Source: Trypanosoma brucei (Eukaryota). From it: DNA of 64,000 nt. Location of the stretch: NCBI GenBank assembly GCA_000002445.1, contig CP000070.1:416001-480000 (forward strand), given 5' to 3'. The position numbers and the translations under genes were made by a program. The notes below the pieces were generated by a model. It did not search any database. It was not told the DNA's origin and worked only from the letters and a program-made list of their open reading frames with translations. Positions 32,069 through 42,753 of this stretch are shown in pieces (within the stretch, counting starts at the first letter, position 1; the number at the start of each line of letters is the position of its first letter).

Positions 32069-32831
32069 TCCCAAATGCTTCCGTACGGCATTCATTATTT
32101 TACACCATCATGTAAGCTGTCAGGCAGCAATAGGGTCCTTAACACAATACATTTCCCTCCTCTTTCGCGTTTGACTTTCAATTCCTCAATGTTTTTGGTT
32201 GTCGCTGTTCTGTTTTTAACATTTTGCATGACTAATGTCTTTTGTTCATGTTTGTTCGTTTCCCTCTACGTCTGCTTTTGATGTTCCGTTATTTTACTTT
32301 TACGTTTGCTTTTTTTTCTTTACTGTTTGCTCCACCCCGTACTCCTTACGATTGGTAACATCCTGATTCAAATGTCGGCTGCAGGTGATAGGGGAGCGAG
32401 CTTATGAAGACGTGGAAGTACTGCTTCTCCGTCATTTTCCCATCTTTTGTGTTTCAGCTCTTGTATGCGCCACCGAAGCACATTGTTAGATGCTACACAT
32501 GTGCATGTAGAAGGACTTCCTTTTACGCACCTTTCTTTTTCTTTTCCATAATTATACTTTTGTGCTGTCTCCTACTGCTTTTCTTACCTTATGTATTTTT
32601 TTTACTCTTTGGTTACACACTCGTTACTTATCTTTTCCTTATATCCTTCCTAACATTATGGTGCTCCCATGGTTTTCCTCTTCTTTCCTGTGCGGTGGGC
32701 CCAGTTGCTGCGTCTATCCACTGCATTGCTGACCACTATCCACTCTCCCGTGCACTTATTATGTTGTTTTCTCTTTTTTACTTTACTGAGCGCAACCGAA
32801 TTGTGGGGGACATAGTAGAAGGCAAGACCAC

Positions 32832-33137
32832 TTGACCGCCCTAAGTGCGATGCCTGGGCGAAGAGGGAAGCAGCGTGTGAAGCGGAAGAAGTCGAAACGT
32901 CAGAGGCCTTCCGGGATGGAGCGTGTGCTTATTGAAAGCATACACGTGCGGAAGCATAAGGAGCGTGACATTCTGAAGCATCACATCCCCCCTTCAGTAA
33001 AACCGAGAGTGAAGAAAGTGTCGTTGGATGCGACATTGCCCATGTTTAATGCCATCTCTAAAAACGCCAACCGGAGTACCTCTTCAGTGACCATGGCGAA
33101 GGGAACCAAATCGAACGGTACTGTGGTAGGATGCTGA
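32832..33137 (+). CDS. Small basic hypothetical protein (101 aa), duplication copy B
   Basis: Identical to 27271..27576. Confidence 0.25.
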   Translation: MTALSAMPGRRGKQRVKRKKSKRQRPSGMERVLIESIHVRKHKERDILKHHIPPSVKPRVKKVSLDATLPMFNAISKNANRSTSSVTMAKGTKSNGTVVGC

Positions 33138-33781
33138 AGTTCCAACTGTTAGTGCACATGCGCGCTGTGTGGTAAACCCCTGCAAACTATTATACGCGGT
33201 TGCGTTGGGAGTACGACTCGTGCATGCGTGTGTGTAATTATTGGGGCTAGTGCTTTGAAACGTACTATTGACAGGGCACCTTTACTGTGGAGATGTGCGA
33301 GGTGGACGTAATGTAGGTAAGGGTTATCGAGGTGTACCTCATCACTGTGATGCCTCTGTCAACAGGTCCCTGCGTTCGTGGCCGCATGGTGTATGAGTTG
33401 CTTCCTACTGTGTCGTGGGGAACTGTGAGCCACACCCTCTGAATTCTCAGCGTGTCCTCTGCACCTTTATTACGCCTGGGTGGGCCAGCTCTCTCTTCCC
33501 CCCGGGTCATGCATGGTGATATCTCTCCTGGCTCCGCATCCACTGTTAGTAGATGGTGGCGCCTTTAACGTTTGTATACTTCAGTGGTTCTCCTGTTTCA
33601 GCGCTTGGTACCGTCCTCCAGTTTCCCAGGAGTGAAGCCCACTATGGGTGTGCCACTGATTCGTGTCTTTTCTCTCTTTTCTGTCCCGCAACACTTTTGT
33701 GTAGTTAGCCCGCCACACTTGACCTTTGTTGAGGAAGGGGAGTGGGGGAACGAACCCACAGCGGATTAGACGAGACAACGG

Positions 33782-34882
33782 ATGAGTAGAGATGCGACAC
33801 CCTACGAGGGCGAGGGTGATGATGACGATTATGACGGGGCAATGAGGTGTATTCTCGTGGAAAAGATACGGCGACACCGTGCTCTCGAGCGTGAGGGAAG
33901 CGTTAGGGTTATAACACGGAAAGGTGTACCACCCCCGACACTAGGGGAGCTGCGCGCGATAGCTGACAGGCGGTCGAGACATGAAGACCTGTTGAGGTTG
34001 CAGCGGCGTCTGGATGGGGTAGAGAGACGGATGGGGTTGTGGCGTGACTATCTTTCCTACGAGCCCCCACCCTTTATGTCCTCCAGCGTTCCTGCTAACG
34101 CTTCTGAGACTGGAATCCTTGAGGGACGCGCAGCACTTCTTTCACCACTTTCCACACTGTTTCGCATTTTGCTCCGCGAGAATCGCGCGCGCGAAAGGCT
34201 ACGGTTGCTGCGAGCGCGGCCCCCCCTCCCCAAGTCGCAAACGCCATCGCTAGCTAGTGCTCGACGGATGTCATTGGAGGTGGCTCGTTTTGTGGGAGAC
34301 GATATATTTGTTCCCCCTGGGGATGGGTGCCGTTCTGCAATAACTTCCGAGCAGTTGCTTGTAACACCCGCGTATGAGGTCGAACGCCTTCGAAACCCGC
34401 TGGTGTTCTTGGCTCGCGAGTACCGTATGGAGCGACTCCCTGAATTCTCACTAAACCCAGCAAAGTCTCCGGATACTGGTCACAGCTCTGTGGTGAGGAA
34501 GGATTGCGGTGCCTCGTCTGCAGTCACATTATCAGACTTCCGCCAGCCACCTGTGATGTTAGAGGCATTTAATATACCTTGCGGCATTTACGATGTGGGT
34601 CGTAGAGTCCACCTCATTCAGGGGTATGAGCCGCTGTACAGCAGTGATGGGCTTGGGTCTCTTGACTCTCTTAGTAAGGCCGTGAAGTGTAGGCGGGATG
34701 GACCACAACGGGGCGATACTGCCTTCATTGACGGGCGGCTGTCTCAAAGTTTGTGGTGTTCTGGGACTCCAGCGAAACTACGAGGGCCGCTCCAGGAGGA
34801 CTCGCTAAGCGGAAGCGACGACGACGAGGTCTCCCCAGCCTTCTGCGCGGATGTCTCATGGCTTCCCAAGTTCCCCGAGTAA
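33782..34882 (+). CDS. Hypothetical protein (366 aa), duplication copy B
   Basis: Protein identical to 28221..29321. One synonymous difference, ccg to cca, at 29144 versus 34705. Confidence 0.55.
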   Translation: MSRDATPYEGEGDDDDYDGAMRCILVEKIRRHRALEREGSVRVITRKGVPPPTLGELRAIADRRSRHEDLLRLQRRLDGVERRMGLWRDYLSYEPPPFMSSSVPANASETGILEGRAALLSPLSTLFRILLRENRARERLRLLRARPPLPKSQTPSLASARRMSLEVARFVGDDIFVPPGDGCRSAITSEQLLVTPAYEVERLRNPLVFLAREYRMERLPEFSLNPAKSPDTGHSSVVRKDCGASSAVTLSDFRQPPVMLEAFNIPCGIYDVGRRVHLIQGYEPLYSSDGLGSLDSLSKAVKCRRDGPQRGDTAFIDGRLSQSLWCSGTPAKLRGPLQEDSLSGSDDDEVSPAFCADVSWLPKFPE

Positions 34883-35177
34883 CAAGATTGCGATAGTGAG
34901 GGAATAGTAGAGGATATTCTCTTACTGTGCACTGGGTGTATCATTCTGTCACCCGATGTAATGTAATATATGGCGCAAAAGAATGTGCTTTTTGGTGAAG
35001 TGGATGCCTCCGGCACTGTTTCATTCGAATGGCTGCGTTTATTTTCTGTGTTGTCACTGCTCCGCCAACCTCTTGCACGCATCTGAGAACCCACTTGTTG
35101 ATGCCTCTTTTCCCTTTACTTTTGTGTGCTCCCACCCTACGACCCCGTGTCACGTGACGCAGTTTTCACCGCCGACG

Positions 35178-36059
35178 ATGGTTGGCGAGAGGACCGTCTC
35201 TGGTGGTTGGAAACCTGATAGTTCGGCACCTGTGTGTGACAGCTGCGATGTCACGTTCACTGTTTACAGGAGACGCCACCACTGCCGTTGTTGCGGCGGC
35301 GTGTTTTGCAACTCATGCTCGAATACGTATGTGAGCATCCCAGCATTGCATGAAATGAAACCACAGCGCGTGTGCCGCGCCTGTGCAACCGCGTTGTCTG
35401 GTGCCACAGATGCCTCTGCCACTGCCGGTTCGGCGGCAACCGACCCCGTGTCCGGCGGTTCCTTTCCCTCGATTGCGGAAGAGGAGGAGGAGGGAGGTGA
35501 TGGCATTGTGTCTTCAGGCAGTAGTCGCCTCGACGACGATAGCGGTGATGTTGACGACAGTTCGTCTCATAGTGGGGACGTTTCGTCTGCCGTCGCGGCT
35601 GTGTATTCTTCCGTTGAGGAGGGACCACGCACCAGTAGCATGACCTTCATTGCGGCTTTGCAAGAGAATCTCAGACACTCGGATGATCCGGGTGTCGTGA
35701 CAATCCTTATGTATGCTTCGGCGACGAGGCAGCAACTAATTCTTGTTACTGTGAGTGATGGAGAAACAATGTCGATGCTTGCAGAGCGACTAGCTGACAC
35801 CTACCTCCGACTGGAGAACGGACCGTTCAAGGCCGCAAGTCTTACCGACCGGGAGAATGCGCTGAAGAGGTTGCGCTTCTTTAGTGAATCAGCTGCTGTG
35901 GATAACGGCGCTCAGGCAGTGTCCGTGGCGCTGCAGCATCGGCGCCTGGTTTTGACCGGTTGCTCGCTTTCCGAACTGCAGTGTCAGAGCGCGAAACCCC
36001 TCGTCCATGATTTTTTCTGCAGTAACATCAGTGCAGGGGAGTGTGGGGAGTGGGAATGA
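35178..36059 (+). CDS. FYVE zinc-finger protein, duplication copy B
   Basis: Identical to copy A. WxxD, R+HHCR and RVC motifs present. Confidence 0.75.
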   Translation: MVGERTVSGGWKPDSSAPVCDSCDVTFTVYRRRHHCRCCGGVFCNSCSNTYVSIPALHEMKPQRVCRACATALSGATDASATAGSAATDPVSGGSFPSIAEEEEEGGDGIVSSGSSRLDDDSGDVDDSSSHSGDVSSAVAAVYSSVEEGPRTSSMTFIAALQENLRHSDDPGVVTILMYASATRQQLILVTVSDGETMSMLAERLADTYLRLENGPFKAASLTDRENALKRLRFFSESAAVDNGAQAVSVALQHRRLVLTGCSLSELQCQSAKPLVHDFFCSNISAGECGEWE

Positions 36060-36592
36060 AGAAAGTGACTTTGTGCAATTATCGTTGCTGCAAATCACCC
36101 TTTTTAAGGTCTGCGTATGGACTATGCGTATTCCCAGGTTGGGTATGTAGTTACTTGAAGGAGGATAACCCCGTCTTCTAACCTAACCGGTGCCTTCCTT
36201 GCCGCATTCCGGCTTCTGGCGCCATCAGTCGCTGCTTGGTTTCATTTCCAACCACTCAATGACTCATGGGGGATCTCTTTTACTTCACCTTTTTCCCCTT
36301 CTCACACTGTCGATGTGACAGTGTCTTTTCAGTGTTCTGCGTAATCCCTTGTTCATTTTCCTTTTCCCTCTTTGCTGCTAGAAGTTGCGCATTATGTGCG
36401 TTGTTGTGGTGCCAGTAGCACGTGTGTACTGATACACGCTCCTTTATGTGCGTGTGTGCGAATCCGAGTAGGTACTGTGTTCTCTCCTCCTTTCTCGTAC
36501 AACAAATTGTATAACCGCAATGCACTCTTGTAAACGAACACACAGGTAGGCTAGGCGAGGTTTTTCACAAAAGGAATATATATATATATCCA

Positions 36593-37459
36593 ATGAATGT
36601 TTCTGAGTTTCTAAAAGTTTGGAAAGACGTTAAAGTTTGTGATGACGTCGTCGCTGATGGTGGCAGTGGTGGTTGTAACCTTGATATTGGTGTACCCTCT
36701 TTGTCTGAAGTGGATGATGGAGACGAGGTTCCTGTAGAATATGGTGATGTATCACGTGATGATTTTGGTGGTGATGACGGTGGTTGTGAAGTTTTTGATG
36801 AAGCGGGGTCGTTCTTTTATGGTCAGCGGAGTAAGCGGAGGAGATATGATGGTTTGAAGACGGATAGTATATCCTTGTGCAAACCTCGTGAACCATATGC
36901 CTGCCTGAAAACTTTTAGCACTAATGAGGGCAGTTATGACAATTTTGTTTCTGGTGATTCCGGAAGAAAGAGGGTGAAAGTCCAGATAGCTGGCCGCGGT
37001 AAGCCGAGGAAGGGATCGTTGGCTGCCGTTACTGCTTTACGCGAGGAGCTGCTGAGGAAAAAGACACTACTCGACAAGTCTTGTCGTCAAGAAGTCGTGG
37101 ATTCTTCCACAAATGAAGAGTTTCCGACCATTGCAGAAGGGGAAAGCACGCTGGATGAGTTGCTGCTTAGTGTAGAAGATTTAGTACCTGTCGGGAACTT
37201 GGCAACAATCGTTGAAAAAAGTTTGGCACCCGCGCAAACCTCATCAGTCGAAGATCCGACTCTGTCGGCGGTAAGTACGGAGGCGGAAACTCCCCTTAAG
37301 GTCGACGAGCCGGGTGAACGCAAAGAAAGTACTGGCAGTGCCCCGAAAGCGGGGAAGCTAAGCATGTTTGCACGGGCGAAGTTGTACGTAAGTGGTGGGG
37401 ATGCTCTAGAAGGAAAGGCAAACATAGAAGATTTTTTTGGAAAGAGGTTTACGTCATAG
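36593..37459 (+). CDS. Hypothetical acidic protein (288 aa)
   Basis: Long sense ORF with D/E/G-rich N-terminus. The ATG lies 3 nt after the (TA)n tract of the partial third duplication unit. Confidence 0.5.
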   Translation: MNVSEFLKVWKDVKVCDDVVADGGSGGCNLDIGVPSLSEVDDGDEVPVEYGDVSRDDFGGDDGGCEVFDEAGSFFYGQRSKRRRYDGLKTDSISLCKPREPYACLKTFSTNEGSYDNFVSGDSGRKRVKVQIAGRGKPRKGSLAAVTALREELLRKKTLLDKSCRQEVVDSSTNEEFPTIAEGESTLDELLLSVEDLVPVGNLATIVEKSLAPAQTSSVEDPTLSAVSTEAETPLKVDEPGERKESTGSAPKAGKLSMFARAKLYVSGGDALEGKANIEDFFGKRFTS

Positions 37460-37700
37460 CAATACACGCACTGAGTTGTGGTTGTGTACTCGAAGATGAT
37501 ATTGCCCAACTCACACATTTACATGTGCTGGTGTGTGTTTTGTATTGTGAGTGAACACGCAGGTGCAGCAAGGGTTTACTCGTTGCTTTTCTTAACCTTT
37601 AAGGATAGTGAGGTGTATTCTCTTTGCGCCAGTTGCTGTACTGCATATATACACGCTGCTGTCACTTACCCTTTTTTTATAATGATTAGTACATAAGCTA

Positions 37701-38579
37701 ATGGAGAAGTACCTCCTTGGCCCTTCGATGGGAGAAGGAAGGTTCGGATCCGTACGTTCCGCTGTTATCAGGGGGTCCGGGGTGCCTGTCGCCATCAAGT
37801 TGATTAACGTCACGCGCGTTGAGGAAGGTATTCCTCATATGGTTGCCAGGGAATTACTAGTGTCTATGCGGCTGCAGCACCCATACATTATTAGGACTTA
37901 TGAGGTCTTCCCATACGGATCTTCTGTGGCTTTGGTGATGGAGCGTTGCGCGACCGATTTGTCGGCGGTGCTCTGTGAAAGAAGTCCCGCTAATCCCCTT
38001 TCCCCTCAATCAGCAAAATCACTTTTCAGGATGCTTCTTGGGGCACTTGCATATATGCACAAGGAGGGCATCCTTCATCGTGACGTAAAACCCTCAAATT
38101 GCTTCTTGGCGCGAGATGGAACCCTTCGTCTTGGTGACTTTGGTCTTAGTCGCATGCAAGACACGGAAGAGTCCATGACTCATGAGGTGGTGTCGAGATG
38201 GTACCGTCCCCCGGAGTTGTTGCTGGGTCAGCGCCACTACGGACCAGAGGTTGACATGTGGTCCGCTGGCTGTGTGTTCGTAGAGTTGTTACGAGGGTAT
38301 ACCGGCGCGTTTTTTGCTAGTGACGGAGATGTCATGCAGCTCTCACGGATTTTCGATGTTTTGGGCACCCCGACACAGGAATCATGGCCCACTGCGGAGT
38401 TGCTTCCAGATTGGGGAAAGGTGCACTTCGAACCTAAGAACCCGTGCCCATTGGGTGAGTTTTTCCCCGAGGCGTCCGGATCTGCGGTTGACCTATTGCG
38501 GGGTTTACTTTGTCTTGATCCTTCCAGACGTCTCAGTGCTGCAGATGCCCTTTGTCATACATATTTCAACGAGTACTGA
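37701..38579 (+). CDS. Cdc2-related / CDK-family serine-threonine protein kinase (292 aa)
   Basis: Kinase subdomains are present: 'GRFGSVRSAV...VAIK' (glycine loop and VAIK Lys), 'HRDVKPSNCFL' (catalytic loop), 'DFGLSR' (DFG) and 'WYRPPELLLG' (CMGC/CDK-type P+1 loop). By position and family it could be a CRK, but I cannot assign which. Confidence 0.8.
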   Translation: MEKYLLGPSMGEGRFGSVRSAVIRGSGVPVAIKLINVTRVEEGIPHMVARELLVSMRLQHPYIIRTYEVFPYGSSVALVMERCATDLSAVLCERSPANPLSPQSAKSLFRMLLGALAYMHKEGILHRDVKPSNCFLARDGTLRLGDFGLSRMQDTEESMTHEVVSRWYRPPELLLGQRHYGPEVDMWSAGCVFVELLRGYTGAFFASDGDVMQLSRIFDVLGTPTQESWPTAELLPDWGKVHFEPKNPCPLGEFFPEASGSAVDLLRGLLCLDPSRRLSAADALCHTYFNEY

Positions 38580-38598
38580 TGTCTGTTGTTGAGGTGGT

Positions 38599-38609
38599 GG
38601 GGGGGGGGG
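38599..38609. repeat. Homopolymer G11
   Basis: gtggtgggggggggggtaccc read directly, just 3' of the kinase stop. Confidence 0.9.
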
Positions 38610-38901
38610 TACCCAAACCAAATGGCAAGTTGCAGACTGCTTCTGACTTTTGTGCGCTCACGCATTCATCACATGCAACCCCCTTGAATACCGTTTGCTC
38701 CAATATGCGTTACGCTATGCAGGGCATTTACTGACGCCTTCGAGTGTTCCCGTTTTATTTCCCTGATATCCCCCCTTTACCGTGGCGTGAACGTGCCATC
38801 GTTGGGGAAAATATTTTCTCTCTCTTAAGCATTCGAGCACCTACATTACTTAAAAAGGAACATCATCAGCAGTTACCTTTGCTGGCAAAGAAAGATCACA
38901 T

Positions 38902-41814
38902 ATGTATCGCAGTGCGTTTCGCAGCCTACGATGCTCCACTGTGAAGTATGCGAGGTGGAGCGCGGCTGGTAACTATGTTAACCGTCATGTTGGGCCCACC
39001 GCTGCCGACACGGAGGTAATGCTTCAGATGATCGGAAAGAAGACTATTTCGGATTTGATGGCAGACGCGATTCCTGCTGAACTTATGCGACCACCTATGA
39101 AAGAAATTGAACCTCTTAGTGAGAAGGACGCGCTTTCTTCGGTTCTCTCACTTGGGGCACGGAATAGGGTGTTGAAGAGCATGATCGGACAAGGTTACTA
39201 CGAGTGTATAACTCCCTCAGTACTTCTTCGCAACGTCATTGAAAATCCTGGGTGGTATACGCCGTACACGCCGTATCAGGCCGAGATATCTCAAGGTCGT
39301 TTGGAATCGTTGTTAAACTTCCAAACGATGATAACAGATCTGACAAAGATGGATGTCGCAAACGCATCCCTCTTGGATCAGGCAACCGCTTGTGCTGAGG
39401 CAATGTATTTGGCATTCCGGCATCACAACCGTAAGCGGGACACGTTCTTTGTCTCAAAGGATGTTTTCCCCTCGTGCATCGAGATGATTAAAACACGAGC
39501 GGAGCCCCTCAAAATTAAGGTTGTGGTGGATGACCCGGCTTTATTCGATTGGGGTGAAGTCTCCCCGTGTGGTATGCTCGTGCAGAACCCTGACGCGAAC
39601 GGGACGGTCCATGATTTTACGGAACTCTTTCAAAAGGCAAAAGACCACGGTGTTCTGTGTTGCTGTGGCGCAGACCTAATGGCCTCTTTGCTCATCAAAC
39701 CACCAGGTGAAATGGGGGCCGATGTTGTTGTGGGAACTTCTCAGCGGTTTGGTATTCCACTTGGTTACGGCGGTCCTCATGCTGCTTTCTTCGCTGCAAA
39801 GGAACAGTTTAAGCGGTTGGTTCCAGGTCGTATTGTGGGAGTGAGCAAAGATGTTGCAGGAGACCCCGCTATACGGATGGCCCTGCAAACACGTGAGCAG
39901 CACATCAAGCGGGAGAGGGCCACTTCAAACATTTGTACTGCGCAGGCACTTTTAGCGACGGTAAGCGCCTTTTATGCCGTTTATCACGGCCCTGGAGGTC
40001 TGACGGACATAGCCAATGAAATTCATCAGAAGGCGAAGACGTTGGCAGTTGGTATGGAATCCGCAGGTCACTCAGTTGTGAACACGACTTTCTTTGACAC
40101 CCTTACATTCAACTTAAAAGGCATAACGCCCGAAGACTACGCAAGCCAGTGCAATGAGAAGGGCATAAATGTTTTTCTCGATTATGGTACCGGAACAGTT
40201 TCCATATCGGTTGACGAAGCGACGACAGAGACTCACATTATGTCCCTGTTGGAGGCTGCGGGCTTGAAATTACCTGTTTTTGCGGCCCTCACGAAAATCG
40301 GAAGGAACAAAACGGCGTTCCCGGAAGCACTCGCTCGAACTTCATCTTTCTTACAACATTCCGTTTTTTGCAAGTACAGAAGCGAGGGTGAACTTATGCG
40401 CTACATACACCGCTTGCAACGAAAAGACTACGGATTGACACACGGTTGTATCCCTCTCGGATCATGTACCATGAAGCTTAACCCTGCTTCAGCTATGTTG
40501 CCCTTATCATGGGGCACATTCACCAATTTGCACCCACTCGCTCCTTCAGACCAAGTGCAAGGGTATAGTGCGATGTGCTTTGATCTGGAGCAGAAGATAC
40601 GAGATGTAACGGGACTGGATGCGGTTTCGCTTCAACCGAACAGTGGGGCGCAGGGCGAATACGCCGGCCTTCGCGTCGTCCGCGCTTATCACCAATCGAA
40701 AGGGGAGGGTCAGCGAAATGTCTGTTTGATTCCTGTGAGTGCCCACGGCACAAACCCTGCTTCAGCGGTGCTGGCAGGGATGAAGGTTGTTACCTTAAAG
40801 TGCTTAGAAGATGGGCGAATTGATGTGGAGGACTTGAAGCAGCTATGTGAAAAGCACTCGAAGGAACTATCGTGCATCATGCTGACTTACCCCAGTACCT
40901 ACGGACTGTTTGACAGAGACATTCTGTCCGTCACGTCGTTGGTACATCAACATGGAGGACAGTGCTACATTGACGGAGCCAATCTTAATGCGATGGTCGG
41001 GTACACAGGGCCGGGTTTTATCGGAGGTGATCTATGTCATATTAATCTTCACAAAACGTTTTCCATTCCTCACGGTGGTGGTGGGCCCGGTATGGGGCCC
41101 ATCGCAGTGCGGCAGCATTTGGCTCCCTTCTTACCTAATTCCGTTCTCAGACAGAAAGTTGGTGGATCGCAGTCATTTGGGCAGGTGTCGCAGGCAGCGT
41201 ATGGTTCCGCTTCCATTCTTACCGTTTCGTATATGCTGATGTTGATGTTGGGTACGCGGGGGATGAAGGTGTGCACGGAACACGCCATTTTGAATGCTAA
41301 TTATCTCAAAAAACGTCTGGAAAAACACTACCGTATCATGTTCCTTGGGGAAGAGGATTTGTGTGCTCATGAATTCATCATTGATCTGCGCCCCTTCAAG
41401 AAATCTGCAGAGGTAGAGGCAGAAGATGTTTCCAAACGGCTGATGGACTATGGCATCCACTCACCAACTGTGGCGTTCCCCATACCGGGGACGCTGATGA
41501 TAGAACCTACGGAGTCAGAATCTAAACAGGAGCTAGATCGTTTAGCAGATGCATTAATTTCAATACGCGGTGAAATAGCAGCCATAGAACGGGGTGAGCA
41601 GGACAAAACTAACAATGTTCTGAAGAATGCGCCGCACACGGCCAAATGTGTTACTGCGGAAAATTGGGATAGGCCGTACAGTCGTCGCACCGCGGCATTC
41701 CCAGCGCCGCATTCCAATATTGAAAAGTACTGGCCGACGGTGGGGCGCATCGATGGTGCGTACGGTGACCGCCATCTGATGTGCAACTGTATGTCGTTGG
41801 ACTCATTCAAATAG
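38902..41814 (+). CDS. GCVP: Glycine dehydrogenase (decarboxylating), glycine cleavage system P protein (970 aa)
   Basis: 'YTPYQAEISQGRLESLLNFQTMITDLTKMDVANASLLDQATACAEAM' is the conserved GLDC N-terminal half-site. The PLP-Lys region 'LHKTFSIPHGGGGPGMGPIAV' is present. Size and two-domain layout match P-protein. Confidence 0.9.
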   Translation: MYRSAFRSLRCSTVKYARWSAAGNYVNRHVGPTAADTEVMLQMIGKKTISDLMADAIPAELMRPPMKEIEPLSEKDALSSVLSLGARNRVLKSMIGQGYYECITPSVLLRNVIENPGWYTPYTPYQAEISQGRLESLLNFQTMITDLTKMDVANASLLDQATACAEAMYLAFRHHNRKRDTFFVSKDVFPSCIEMIKTRAEPLKIKVVVDDPALFDWGEVSPCGMLVQNPDANGTVHDFTELFQKAKDHGVLCCCGADLMASLLIKPPGEMGADVVVGTSQRFGIPLGYGGPHAAFFAAKEQFKRLVPGRIVGVSKDVAGDPAIRMALQTREQHIKRERATSNICTAQALLATVSAFYAVYHGPGGLTDIANEIHQKAKTLAVGMESAGHSVVNTTFFDTLTFNLKGITPEDYASQCNEKGINVFLDYGTGTVSISVDEATTETHIMSLLEAAGLKLPVFAALTKIGRNKTAFPEALARTSSFLQHSVFCKYRSEGELMRYIHRLQRKDYGLTHGCIPLGSCTMKLNPASAMLPLSWGTFTNLHPLAPSDQVQGYSAMCFDLEQKIRDVTGLDAVSLQPNSGAQGEYAGLRVVRAYHQSKGEGQRNVCLIPVSAHGTNPASAVLAGMKVVTLKCLEDGRIDVEDLKQLCEKHSKELSCIMLTYPSTYGLFDRDILSVTSLVHQHGGQCYIDGANLNAMVGYTGPGFIGGDLCHINLHKTFSIPHGGGGPGMGPIAVRQHLAPFLPNSVLRQKVGGSQSFGQVSQAAYGSASILTVSYMLMLMLGTRGMKVCTEHAILNANYLKKRLEKHYRIMFLGEEDLCAHEFIIDLRPFKKSAEVEAEDVSKRLMDYGIHSPTVAFPIPGTLMIEPTESESKQELDRLADALISIRGEIAAIERGEQDKTNNVLKNAPHTAKCVTAENWDRPYSRRTAAFPAPHSNIEKYWPTVGRIDGAYGDRHLMCNCMSLDSFK

Positions 41815-42344
41815 AAAAAAATGCCGAAATAATTAGCTGTATTACCGTCCACCGCGATCTCACCTCCGGCGGGTTGTTGCGGCATCTCCTCTAATTTTTG
41901 AGCGAAAGATTCTTAGGTCATAACAAACGTGGGGGTGGCGAAAGAAAAAAACAAAAAGATTAAAGGTACAACGAAAGAAAACACCGTCAAAACGGTCGAC
42001 TTTTCATGATTGTTGTACCACCCTTCTTACTCCACGAAATGGCGTTACTGAGTGTAGCCTCGTCATTTTTGTCATCTCCCCCCCCCTCCCTGTCTCTTTC
42101 TTGATGCAACAAGGAAAAGACTAAACAATCAAATGGAAAGGGAATAGAGCAATCCTAAAGTCCAAGTTCTCGTTGCTGTTGAAACGGCTTTATTTCAGCG
42201 CGTGCAACATCTTATCTTCACGCTCCGTAAAGCTTGGGGCTTCCGACGTTCATGTCACATCCATCCGGATGGTCAGCAGCTTTACTTGAATTCTAGTGTC
42301 GGTACCATTTAAATACTTTGAAGCAACGGAACGAGATGTGAAGC

Positions 42345-42366
42345 CACACATACACACACACACACA
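42345..42366. repeat. (CA)n microsatellite
   Basis: cacacatacacacacacacacacaaa read directly. Confidence 0.9.
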
Positions 42367-42406
42367 AATATTTGCGGTTGTAGAGGGCATACATGGAAAG
42401 GAGAAA

Positions 42407-42427
42407 TGATGATGATGATGATGATGG
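42407..42427. repeat. (GAT)7 trinucleotide repeat
   Basis: tgatgatgatgatgatgatgg read directly. Confidence 0.9.
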
Positions 42428-42753
42428 AAATCCTTCTTTAAATATCTCTGGTGGGGTATCGGCAGTATGTGCCGTGGGATTGTGGGAGGTGGGGGAAGGG
42501 GGAAGGGGTATTGTAATCGAAAAATGGTACAGCGGTGTTAGGGGATAACATTCGTAGTGATTCTCTACGCGAATTTATATAGGAGATCAGATGCAAAGGG
42601 CTGCGATGTACAAAGCGAACCAGCATATTATTTTTTTTGGATTGTTTCGTTCATGCTATTTTTCTTTTTTTTCTTTTTACATTCTGTGTCAGTTTTTTCT
42701 TCCCCTTAAGCACACTACGAAGAGGAGAAAAGGTCAGCGATAAAACTTTATCA

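Larger units (their letters stand above)
30954..36514 (+). repeat. Tandem segmental duplication, unit 2 (5,561 bp), followed by a 75-bp third partial unit (36515-36589)
   Basis: Near-identical to unit 1. The sequence after 36589 diverges into the next gene. Confidence 0.95.
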
